From Oscillospiraceae bacterium (GTDB taxonomy: Bacteria; Bacillota; Clostridia; Oscillospirales; SIG627), in the NCBI GenBank assembly GCA_015063985.1, contig SVTC01000005.1, positions 52,396 through 116,395 of the forward strand: DNA of 64,000 nucleotides, read 5' to 3'. Below, in pieces: positions 18,873 through 26,815 of this stretch. Every line of letters starts with the position of its first letter. The first letter of the stretch is position 1. The position numbers and the translations under genes are program-made. A model generated the notes under the pieces. The model saw only the letters and a program-made list of their open reading frames with translations, did no database searches and was not told the origin of the DNA.

Positions 18873-20002
18873 TGAGTGAGCAATCAATGGGATCCCGTGC
18901 CCTGGGCTTGGTAAAGAAGAATGCGGTCTGCTGTATCGCCTTCGTGCTTGCTCTGATCACCTGCTTTATAATTCCCATAGATAAGGAATATCTCGGTTAT
19001 TTTGATTACAAGACCCTTACCTGCCTTTTCTGTGTGCTTGCGGTGGTCTGTGCCTTAAAGAATATAAGATTTTTCTATATTCTTGCAAAAAAAGTGGTAA
19101 GACTTTTCAAAAACGCCCGTATGAGTGTGCTGGCGTTGGTTTACATAACATTTATCGGCTCTATGCTGATAGCCAACGATATGGCGCTTTTGACCTTTTT
19201 GCCGCTGGGATATTTTGTTTTGACCACCACCGGCAAGGAAAAGTACATGGCATTTGTTTTCATTATGCAAAACATTGCCGCAAACCTGGGCGGTATGCTG
19301 ACTCCCTTCGGAAATCCTCAGAATCTCTATTTGTATTCCAAGTATGAGATAGATAACCTTGAGTTTATGGGGATAATGGCGCCTCCCTTTGTTGTATCGG
19401 TGCTTCTGATAACTCTGTGCTGCATAGTGTTTGTAAAGCCCGAGCCCTTGGAGCTGGATGACGAAAAAGTCCAGCTGAGCATTCCCAGGACCGCCGCGTA
19501 CCTTGGTTTGTTTGCCCTTTCCATCGTAATAGTTTTCAGGGGAATACCTTATTGGATAGGACTTATAATTATACCGATAGCCCTGCTGTTTATGGACAGA
19601 AAGGCTCTTCTTGACGTGGATTACGGTCTGCTTTTGACCTTCGTGTTCTTCTTTATCTTTGCCGGAAATATGGCAAGGATAGACGTGGTAAGAAGCTTGT
19701 TTTCTTCTCTTCTGGACAAGAGCACCCTTCTTTTCAGCACCGTTTCCTGCCAATTTATAAGTAACGTTCCCTCGGCGATACTCTTAAGCCAGTTTACCTC
19801 CAATTACAGAGATCTGTTGGTGGGAGTTAATATCGGCGGCGTGGGTACTCTTATAGCAAGCCTTGCAAGCCTTATTACCTTCCGTGAGTACATTAAGCAC
19901 AATCCCGGAAGGACTCTCTATTACGTGGCGAAGTTTTCCGTATTTAATTTCGGATTTTTGGTGATACTTTTGCTTTTTTCATTTGCGATGAAGCTATTTT
20001 AA
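18872..20002 (+). CDS. ArsB/NhaD-superfamily (SLC13/CitMHS-like) anion permease
   Basis: Polytopic membrane protein with IANDMALLTFLPL and TPFGNPQNLYLY motifs. Its ATG overlaps the TIR-LRR TAA stop by 1 nt (tAATG). Confidence 0.65.
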   Translation: MSEQSMGSRALGLVKKNAVCCIAFVLALITCFIIPIDKEYLGYFDYKTLTCLFCVLAVVCALKNIRFFYILAKKVVRLFKNARMSVLALVYITFIGSMLIANDMALLTFLPLGYFVLTTTGKEKYMAFVFIMQNIAANLGGMLTPFGNPQNLYLYSKYEIDNLEFMGIMAPPFVVSVLLITLCCIVFVKPEPLELDDEKVQLSIPRTAAYLGLFALSIVIVFRGIPYWIGLIIIPIALLFMDRKALLDVDYGLLLTFVFFFIFAGNMARIDVVRSLFSSLLDKSTLLFSTVSCQFISNVPSAILLSQFTSNYRDLLVGVNIGGVGTLIASLASLITFREYIKHNPGRTLYYVAKFSVFNFGFLVILLLFSFAMKLF

Positions 20003-20023
20003 GGTTTAACAGGAGTTTTTTAT

Positions 20024-20893
20024 ATGGATATGATGATGCTGGTGCTTTCCGCAGTGCTTTTGGCAGTGGATTTTCTTATTGCGGGTACGTACCAAAGGTG
20101 GGAGGGCAACACTCCGATTAAGGTCTTCAGATTTAACTTTTTTATCGGACTTTTTTCTATACTGATCTTCTTTTTCATAAACGGATGCAGATTTGAGTTT
20201 ACCGCCTTTTCGGCTGTACTTGCCGTGGTGATGACCTCTCTTGCGATCCTTTACACTCTCATCGGCTTTAAGGTTTTGGCGGCGGGAAATACGGCTTACT
20301 ATTCCTTCTTTCTTATGACGGGAGGAATGGTGGTTCCCTATATCTGGGGAATTGCTTTTCTGAACGAGGACTTTTCCGTGTTGAGGCTTATAGGTCTTTT
20401 GATGATAGTGGGCTCTGCCTTCGTTATCTACGGCGGCAAGAACAAGATGAGCCTTAAGGTAGCCTTGATGTGCGCCGCCATCTTTCTTCTGAACGGCTTT
20501 GTCAGCGTTATCTCCAAGGAGCATCAGATCAGCACCGAGGCGGTCAGCTCCGCGGCATACGTAATTCTCACTGCGGCGGTGAAGGTGATAGTTTGCGGCT
20601 CGCTTTGGCTGGGGACCGCTCTTCGCTCAAGGGCTCAGAGGGCTTCCTCGGAGAGGATAAGCCTCAAGGCGGTGGCTATACTTGCCGCATCTGCCTTGGT
20701 CAGCGGACTTTCCTATATGCTTCAGCTCAATTCCGCGGCAAAGCTTCCCGCAACGGTGGTATATCCCATCATCACGGGAGGAAGTGTGGTGTTTACCGCC
20801 TTTGCAGGATGGCTGGTGCTTAAGGAAAAGCCCACAAAGGAGCTTATTGTGGGTGTTATAATCTCCTTTATCGGAACTTGCTTATTCCTGTGA
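20024..20893 (+). CDS. DMT-superfamily (EamA-like) transporter
   Basis: About 10 predicted TM helices in two similar halves, 289 aa. Confidence 0.6.
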   Translation: MDMMMLVLSAVLLAVDFLIAGTYQRWEGNTPIKVFRFNFFIGLFSILIFFFINGCRFEFTAFSAVLAVVMTSLAILYTLIGFKVLAAGNTAYYSFFLMTGGMVVPYIWGIAFLNEDFSVLRLIGLLMIVGSAFVIYGGKNKMSLKVALMCAAIFLLNGFVSVISKEHQISTEAVSSAAYVILTAAVKVIVCGSLWLGTALRSRAQRASSERISLKAVAILAASALVSGLSYMLQLNSAAKLPATVVYPIITGGSVVFTAFAGWLVLKEKPTKELIVGVIISFIGTCLFL

Positions 20894-20910
20894 TGATCTA
20901 AAAGAATATC

Positions 20911-20961
20911 GGCAGAGAATTTTCTTCCCTTTGGGGGTCGATCAAAATTCTCTGCCTTTTT
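20911..20961 (+). terminator. Hairpin terminator after the DMT gene
   Basis: A 13-bp stem ggcagagaatttt / aaaattctctgcc with a 20-nt loop, followed by TTTTT. Confidence 0.5.
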
Positions 20962-20984
20962 ATTTTACAAAAAAAATTTCTCCT

Positions 20985-21012
20985 TGTAGGGACAGGCGTC
21001 CTCGACTGTCCG
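20985..21012. repeat. REP-like hairpin element, copy a (inverted relative to copies b-d)
   Basis: tgtagggacaggcgtcctcgactgtccg. Stem GGACAG/CTGTCC with a 10-nt loop. Confidence 0.8.
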
Positions 21013-21024
21013 TTATCGGTCTTA

Positions 21025-21190
21025 TTTTCCTTTACCCAAAGCAAAAAAATGGATGTGGTTAGGCATTATGACATATTTTTCAACCGACAAATGTTCATAG
21101 AAATCATTTAATTGTTTGATGAATTTATCCGCAATTTCTCCGTATTGGGTTAATTCGATTTGCGGACAGTCGAGGACGCCTGTCCCTACA
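21025..21190. repeat. 166-bp duplicate of an internal RAYT gene segment, ending in REP copy b (21163-21190)
   Basis: Near-identical to 21505-21669. The differences are A7 versus A6 (21043-21049 versus 21523-21528) and gaa versus gtg. On the minus strand it encodes ..VGTGVLDCPQIELTQYGEIADKFIKQLNDFYEHLSVEKYVIMPNHIHFFALGKGK* with no start codon. Confidence 0.85.
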
Positions 21191-21303
21191 TTTCAATTTC
21201 TCAACAGCATTTAAAAACTCAATATATTTTTTAAATCCATTTTTTCTCCTTTCTCGCCAATTTCGCCTTTGTAATACAAAGGCACAGGGCAAAAACCATA
21301 CCA

Positions 21304-21785
21304 TTATTCCTCTGCGTATAATTCATCGTAGTACCAACGAATCGGGTTTTCGTAAATGTATTTTACGTGTTCTTTATAGTCATCGCGGTTACGAATTATA
21401 TGGTCGTTAAAACGAGCTTGCCAAACGTTTTTGCCATACTCCTTATTGCAAAAACGCTTGAATGTCGATACAAATTGAGAGCATACGCTATTGGCTCTTT
21501 CAATTTTTCCTTTACCCAAAGCAAAAAATGGATGTGGTTAGGCATTATGACATATTTTTCAACCGACAAATGTTCATAGAAATCATTTAATTGTTTGATG
21601 TGTTTATCCGCAATTTCTCCGTATTGGGTTAATTCGATTTGCGGACAGTCGAGGACGCCTGTCCCTACAACGCGAGATAGGATGCTTCGCCTATTTTGCG
21701 TGCAAATCGTTATAAAATATACTCCAACACTATTGTAATCAAAACTTTGATATCTCGGTGTTTTTCTCTTTTTAAGTTCATCCAT
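21304..21785 (-). pseudogene. RAYT-type (REP-associated tyrosine, HUH/Y1, IS200-like) transposase, split by a frameshift
   Basis: The N-part (ORF 21396-21899, start ATG 21785) carries the HUH motif VIMPNHIHFLL. The C-part (ORF 21304-21519) carries NVWQARFNDHIIRNRDDYKEHVKYIYENP, which resembles E. coli RayT NIWQPRFWEHAIRN..YRHHVDYIYINP. The frames join if the A6 run at 21523-21528 is A7. Confidence 0.8.
21642..21669. repeat. REP-like hairpin copy c, located inside the RAYT coding sequence
   Basis: cggacagtcgaggacgcctgtccctaca, read in frame on the minus strand as VGTGVLDCP. Confidence 0.8.
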
Positions 21786-21860
21786 TTTTATCACCCACAT
21801 CATTTTAACACAAATCGGCAGAGAAAATAACTTCTCCGCCGATTTATATGTGTGTATTAA

Positions 21861-21887
21861 GGACCGTCGAGGACGCCGGTCCCTACA
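21861..21887. repeat. REP-like hairpin copy d, upstream of the RAYT start
   Basis: ggaccgtcgaggacgccggtccctaca. The stem is GGACCG/CGGTCC, a double compensatory change relative to GGACAG/CTGTCC. Confidence 0.8.
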
Positions 21888-21946
21888 AATTGTAAACATC
21901 CTTATGAGAACGCTCCTAAGGCGGGACTTTTCTTTGGTTTTTCAGA

Positions 21947-22993
21947 TCAAAGGATATCCTTCATTACTTTTATAACAGCCGCCGCCATGGAGGCAAAGCC
22001 CAGATCGGTGGGGTGGCAGCCGTCCACGGTTCCGCGGTCAAGACAAAGCTCGGTGAGCTCCTTATTGGTGATGAGATAAACGTTTTTATCTCCTGCGGCT
22101 TTGGCTTGAATGTAGGTGCTTTCGATTATTTCAAGGCGCTTTTTCTCGTCCTCGTTAAGATAGCACTTGGGGCGGTTCATCATAATGATGGGAAGAGTGG
22201 GATTTGCGCTTCTGATGATATCAAACATTCTCTTGTGGGTGTTTTGCAGATGCTCGGTTGAGGGAGCGTTGTGATCGTAGTCATAGACAAAAGCGCTCAT
22301 TTCGAGGTTTTTGATGTAGTTGGACATATTATCCTCGCCCTTGGCATTTCCCGAGAAGCCGAGGTTTATGTAGTTGCAGTCCAGAGCCATGGAAACCAGA
22401 GCCTGGTAGCTTGTGGAGGGGGTGGAGGCGCATCCGCCCTGGGTGATGCTGGAGCCGTAGTACACAACGGGCTTCTCGACTCTGTAGGGGGTGGGGGCTT
22501 CTATCACTGCGCTTTCGGCAAGACCGATATAAAGCTCCTTTATTCCGCTGTAGAGAGGCATGGTGAGAAGAAGCTCCTTTTTGCCCTCGCCCACGTTTAC
22601 CACGCCTTCAAGCATTTCTGTGGCGCCAAAGTGGGGGATGTAGCTGCCTGCATAGCGGGGCTTGCCGTCCTTGTATACGGTAAGATCAAATCCTGCCGAG
22701 CCTGCAAGAGCAAAGTGAGCCATCTTTCCCATGGAAAGCTTTGCATACACTGCAACGTAGGGGCTGTCGGTGATAAATTTAACTCTACCGCCTGCGGTGT
22801 TTTTGTGAAGAAGCTTAACACCCTCGTTGACAGAGTTTGCAACCTCCTCGGGCATTCTTCTGATGCGCTCGTTGTCGAAGATGACGCCGTATACCTTGAA
22901 GGGCTCTTCCCAAATGCTGTGGAATTTAACGTCCGGTTTTTTGATCTCCTGTGGGTCGATGGCGAAATTCTTATCAAGCTTTGCGATATCCAT
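21947..22993 (-). CDS. SGNH/GDSL-type esterase with an N-terminal beta-sandwich domain (acetyl-esterase-like)
   Basis: VYYGSSITQGGCAS (catalytic Ser block) and GCHPTDLGF (D-x-x-H block). It is a paralog of the next gene. Confidence 0.7.
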   Translation of the reverse strand: MDIAKLDKNFAIDPQEIKKPDVKFHSIWEEPFKVYGVIFDNERIRRMPEEVANSVNEGVKLLHKNTAGGRVKFITDSPYVAVYAKLSMGKMAHFALAGSAGFDLTVYKDGKPRYAGSYIPHFGATEMLEGVVNVGEGKKELLLTMPLYSGIKELYIGLAESAVIEAPTPYRVEKPVVYYGSSITQGGCASTPSTSYQALVSMALDCNYINLGFSGNAKGEDNMSNYIKNLEMSAFVYDYDHNAPSTEHLQNTHKRMFDIIRSANPTLPIIMMNRPKCYLNEDEKKRLEIIESTYIQAKAAGDKNVYLITNKELTELCLDRGTVDGCHPTDLGFASMAAAVIKVMKDIL

Positions 22994-23005
22994 TTTTATT
23001 CTCCT

Positions 23006-24061
23006 TTACAGATTGAAAATTTTTTTCATTACCTTTGTAACAGCCGCCGCTATGGAAGCAAAGCCCAAGTCTGTGGGGTGGCATCCGTCCACTGTGCCGC
23101 AATCCTTTGAAAGAGCGGTAAGCTGTTTTGAACTGATGAAATACACGTTTTCATCTCCCGCCGCCTTGGCGTCAAGATAGGTCTTCTTTATAATTTTGTG
23201 GCGCTTTATTTCGTCCTCGGTTTGGAAATATTTAGGGCGCGGCATGATGATTATCGGAAGAGTGGGATTAGCGTTTCTGATGACGTCAAACATTCTCTTG
23301 TGGGTGTTTTCAAGATGCTCGGCAGAGGGTGCGTTGTGATCGTAGTCATAGACGAAGGCGCTCATTTTAAGATCCTTGATATAGTTTGCGATCTCAAGCT
23401 CTCCTTTTGCTCCGCCTGAAAAGCCAAGGTTTATATAGTCGCAGTCGACGTTTCTGGAAACAACAGCCTCATAGCAGGCACCGGGGTTTGAAGCGCAAGC
23501 GCCGTGGGTTATGCTGGAGCCGTAATAGACTATAGGCGTTTTGATGGTGTATTCGGGGGAGGCTTCAAGCTTGGCATCCTTGCTCAAGCCGATATAAAGC
23601 TCACAAACGGCGCTGTGGAGAGGGAAGTTTATCACGATATCCCTCGTTTTTTTGCCTTGCAGCTCGATTGCGGCTTCGTATCTGTCCTCGATCCTGAAGG
23701 GCGGGATCACGTTTCCTCTTCGACGTTGCTTGCCGTCCTCGAAGACGTAAAGATCAAAGCCCGCAGTTGCCGCCATGGGGAAGGTGGTGTTTTTTATGAT
23801 CTGCTTCAAAACCGCATATATTGCCACGTAGGGGCTGTCGGTGGTGAAGCGGACTCTTCCGCCGGAGGAATGGGTGTGGAGAGTTGCCACGTCGTTACTG
23901 ACGGAGTTAGCCAGCTTTTCGGGAAGTCTTCTGTACACACCGTTTTCCAAGGTGACGCCGTACAGACGGATCTTTCCTTCGCCGATGGGATAATATTTCA
24001 CGTCGGCTTTGTTGAGGTTGCTGTCAAGGATGATATCTTTTCCTTCGACCTGAACGTTCAT
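23006..24061 (-). CDS. SGNH/GDSL-type esterase, tandem paralog
   Basis: VYYGSSITHGACAS and GCHPTDLGF. Collinear similarity to 21947-22993 along the whole length. Confidence 0.7.
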   Translation of the reverse strand: MNVQVEGKDIILDSNLNKADVKYYPIGEGKIRLYGVTLENGVYRRLPEKLANSVSNDVATLHTHSSGGRVRFTTDSPYVAIYAVLKQIIKNTTFPMAATAGFDLYVFEDGKQRRRGNVIPPFRIEDRYEAAIELQGKKTRDIVINFPLHSAVCELYIGLSKDAKLEASPEYTIKTPIVYYGSSITHGACASNPGACYEAVVSRNVDCDYINLGFSGGAKGELEIANYIKDLKMSAFVYDYDHNAPSAEHLENTHKRMFDVIRNANPTLPIIIMPRPKYFQTEDEIKRHKIIKKTYLDAKAAGDENVYFISSKQLTALSKDCGTVDGCHPTDLGFASIAAAVTKVMKKIFNL

Positions 24062-24076
24062 TAGCTCAGCTCCTTT

Positions 24077-26800
24077 TCAGATCTTTTTTGTTTTGAGCTT
24101 TACTTCTTTTCCTTTGCAGAAGACCGTAGCCTTGCCGTAGTGGAGTCTGACCTGCCAAGGCTCCTCTACAGTTCTTGCCAGCTTTACTCTTCCCGAAATG
24201 GGGGTATGAAGCATAGGATCGTGCTCGCAGACCACCTTAAGGACGTTTTCTCCCCTTTTGGTCTTGCAGTAGAAGCGGAAGGGTCTTACTCTGTTGGCAG
24301 TAACCCTATGGTGGGGGCTAAAGTTATCGCCCAGGGGCTTGCCGTTGAGATATACGGTGCATTTTCCCTCCAGACGCTCAAATTCAACGTATTGATATTC
24401 TCTGGGGGAAGTAAAGGAGGCAATATACTCCTTGGTTACGGTCTGTGATTCCGTGTTGGAATACTTTGCAACCAGACGGAAATCGTTTTCCATATTGGGG
24501 TAGGGCTCCTTGTATTCTATCCAATCCGCGCGGGTGTTCAGGCGGTTTGGCACCCTTTCGGGAAGGTTGTAAAGCTTGCCCTCGCATTGGAAGGCTCTGA
24601 TAAGCTCGATCTCCTCTTTTTCGGGCTTCACCTCGTAATCCAGGCAAGCGGGATCTCCGTTGCCCACGCCGATGATCTCTCCGTTTATTGCCTCAACGCT
24701 GACGTAGTCGGAGGCATTAAGGCAGGGTCTTTTGTTTTTATCTAAGCCTTCAAGCTCAATTACCGTGACGTCGTTTTCGTTTTCGGCTTTTAAAAGGGTG
24801 GTGGCTTTTACGCTTGATACTGCACCGGAGCTGCGAAGTCTGTCCCAAAGATATTTGCCGTCCTTTATTCCTTCTACAGCCAGCTCGCCCGGCTCGAAGT
24901 CTATTTCAAAGGTGGGGGCATCAAATCTTTCTACTACTTGCTCCTTTATAAGCCTGCCGTTGAGATAAAGCTTGATGCTTTCGCAGTTTGTAAAGGCGCT
25001 GACTGTCATTTTCTCGCCCTTTTTACCGTTCCAATGGGGACTGAGCTTTAATACGGGCTCGTCTGTCCACCAGGACTTATAGTAATAAAAGATGGGCTTG
25101 GGGTTGCCGCAGAGGTCTATTACTCCAAAGCTTGAAGCGACGTTTGCGGTGACGAAGGGGTTGGGCTCTCCGCGGTAATCAAAGCCCGTCCACATAAAGC
25201 TTCCAGCAAGGTAGTCTCTTTTTGCAAAGTATTTTACCCAGCCCTTGGCGGTCTCGCCCCAGGGCATGGTGACGTTTCCCGTGGAGTCCAAGGTAAGACT
25301 GCTAAGGTCGTTTTTTGCTGCTCCGCGGCTTAAAACAAAGCTTGCCTCCTCCGTTCCGATTATTGGCTGATCGGGATGCTCGGCGTGATAGATATCCACC
25401 CAATCTCCGTTTTTGCCGTTGTGGATGTAGTTAAGCCCTCTGACCTCGCTTTGGGAGTTTGCCCCCACAAAATCGGGGCCGTTGTTTCCGCCGTAGCACA
25501 CCGCACGGGTAGGATCGAGAGCCTTTGCCAAGCGGCTTGCCGATGCCATAAGCCTTGCGCTGACGGGCTTATTCTGAACGGAAAATTCCTCGTTGCCGAG
25601 GCTCCATATAATAATGCTCGGGTGATTTCTGTCTCTTTTGATAAGATCGGTAAGCTGGCGCTTTGCTTCGGGGGAGCTTCCGAAAAGTCGGGTCTCGTCC
25701 ATTACCATAATGCCCAGCTCGTCGCAGGCATCCAGAATTTCGGGGGCGGGAGCGTGGTGTGCGCTTCTGTAGGCGTTGCAGCCCATTTCCTTCAAAAGAG
25801 CTATTTTGTGATAATGGAGATTGTCGCTTAAGGCGATGCCCACACCGCCGAAATCCTGATGGCAGCAGGCGCCCCATATCTTTACGGGCTTGCCGTTTAA
25901 AAGAAAGCCCTTGTCCTTGTCAAATACCGCGGTTCGAAAGCCGAAGCGGGTGCTTTGGCAGTCCTTTCCAAGCTCTATTGAAAGGCTATAGAGCTTAGGC
26001 TCCTCCAAGCTCCAGAGCTTAAAGGATGAAAGCTTCATATCGCAGCTTAGCGCAGCCTCGGAGTAGGGCTCGAGATCTACGGGGAGCTCGGTGCTCGAAA
26101 GCTCCTTTGCGCCGTCAAAAATACGAAGCACCGCCGAGCCCTTAAAGCCCTTGTCGCTATCGTTTACCGCGACGAAATCCGTTTTTACGCTTCCGTCGGT
26201 CTCGGGTCTTATAAAGGTCTCGTCCTCCTTGATATAGCAGGGCTCGCCGATGAAAAGATAAACGTTTCGGTATATTCCCGAGCCCTCGTACCACCAGCCC
26301 TCGTGCTGATCGCTGTCCACTCTGACGGCGACGGAGTTTATCTCACCCTCTACAAGGTGGTCGGTGATATCCACTGTAAAGGGGGTGTAGCCCGATGCGT
26401 GTCTGTCCATATAGGCGCCGTTTACCCAAAGGATGGAGTCGCGGTATATTCCTTCAAAGCGCAGGAATATCTTCTTTCCCCTCCAAGCGGGATCGAAGTC
26501 GAATTCCTTTCTGTACCAGCCGATATTACAGACCTTGTCCGAAAGAGTTCTCTTTTCGGTGGTGAAGCGATGATAGTTTGTGTTGCTTCTTGCGCCTGCA
26601 AAGGTGTCGGACAAAAGATCCTTTTCCATTTCCACCGCCCAATCGTGGGGGAGAGTTACGTCCTTCCAGTTGTTATGGGGGAGATATCTTGCGGCTCCGC
26701 CCGAGCCGTCTGAATATTTTGCAAGAGCAAAGTCGGAAAAAAGCCCGTCTTTTTCTTCGAGGTGAAATTTCCAATGGTTGTTGAACAATATTTTTTTCAT
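24077..26800 (-). CDS. Glycoside hydrolase family 2 (beta-galactosidase/beta-glucuronidase-like)
   Basis: 907 aa. NHPSIIIWSLGNEE acid/base motif and the N-terminal sugar-binding pattern WK.V.LPHDW. Confidence 0.85.
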   Translation of the reverse strand: MKKILFNNHWKFHLEEKDGLFSDFALAKYSDGSGGAARYLPHNNWKDVTLPHDWAVEMEKDLLSDTFAGARSNTNYHRFTTEKRTLSDKVCNIGWYRKEFDFDPAWRGKKIFLRFEGIYRDSILWVNGAYMDRHASGYTPFTVDITDHLVEGEINSVAVRVDSDQHEGWWYEGSGIYRNVYLFIGEPCYIKEDETFIRPETDGSVKTDFVAVNDSDKGFKGSAVLRIFDGAKELSSTELPVDLEPYSEAALSCDMKLSSFKLWSLEEPKLYSLSIELGKDCQSTRFGFRTAVFDKDKGFLLNGKPVKIWGACCHQDFGGVGIALSDNLHYHKIALLKEMGCNAYRSAHHAPAPEILDACDELGIMVMDETRLFGSSPEAKRQLTDLIKRDRNHPSIIIWSLGNEEFSVQNKPVSARLMASASRLAKALDPTRAVCYGGNNGPDFVGANSQSEVRGLNYIHNGKNGDWVDIYHAEHPDQPIIGTEEASFVLSRGAAKNDLSSLTLDSTGNVTMPWGETAKGWVKYFAKRDYLAGSFMWTGFDYRGEPNPFVTANVASSFGVIDLCGNPKPIFYYYKSWWTDEPVLKLSPHWNGKKGEKMTVSAFTNCESIKLYLNGRLIKEQVVERFDAPTFEIDFEPGELAVEGIKDGKYLWDRLRSSGAVSSVKATTLLKAENENDVTVIELEGLDKNKRPCLNASDYVSVEAINGEIIGVGNGDPACLDYEVKPEKEEIELIRAFQCEGKLYNLPERVPNRLNTRADWIEYKEPYPNMENDFRLVAKYSNTESQTVTKEYIASFTSPREYQYVEFERLEGKCTVYLNGKPLGDNFSPHHRVTANRVRPFRFYCKTKRGENVLKVVCEHDPMLHTPISGRVKLARTVEEPWQVRLHYGKATVFCKGKEVKLKTKKI

Positions 26801-26815
26801 ATAGATCTCCTTGTG

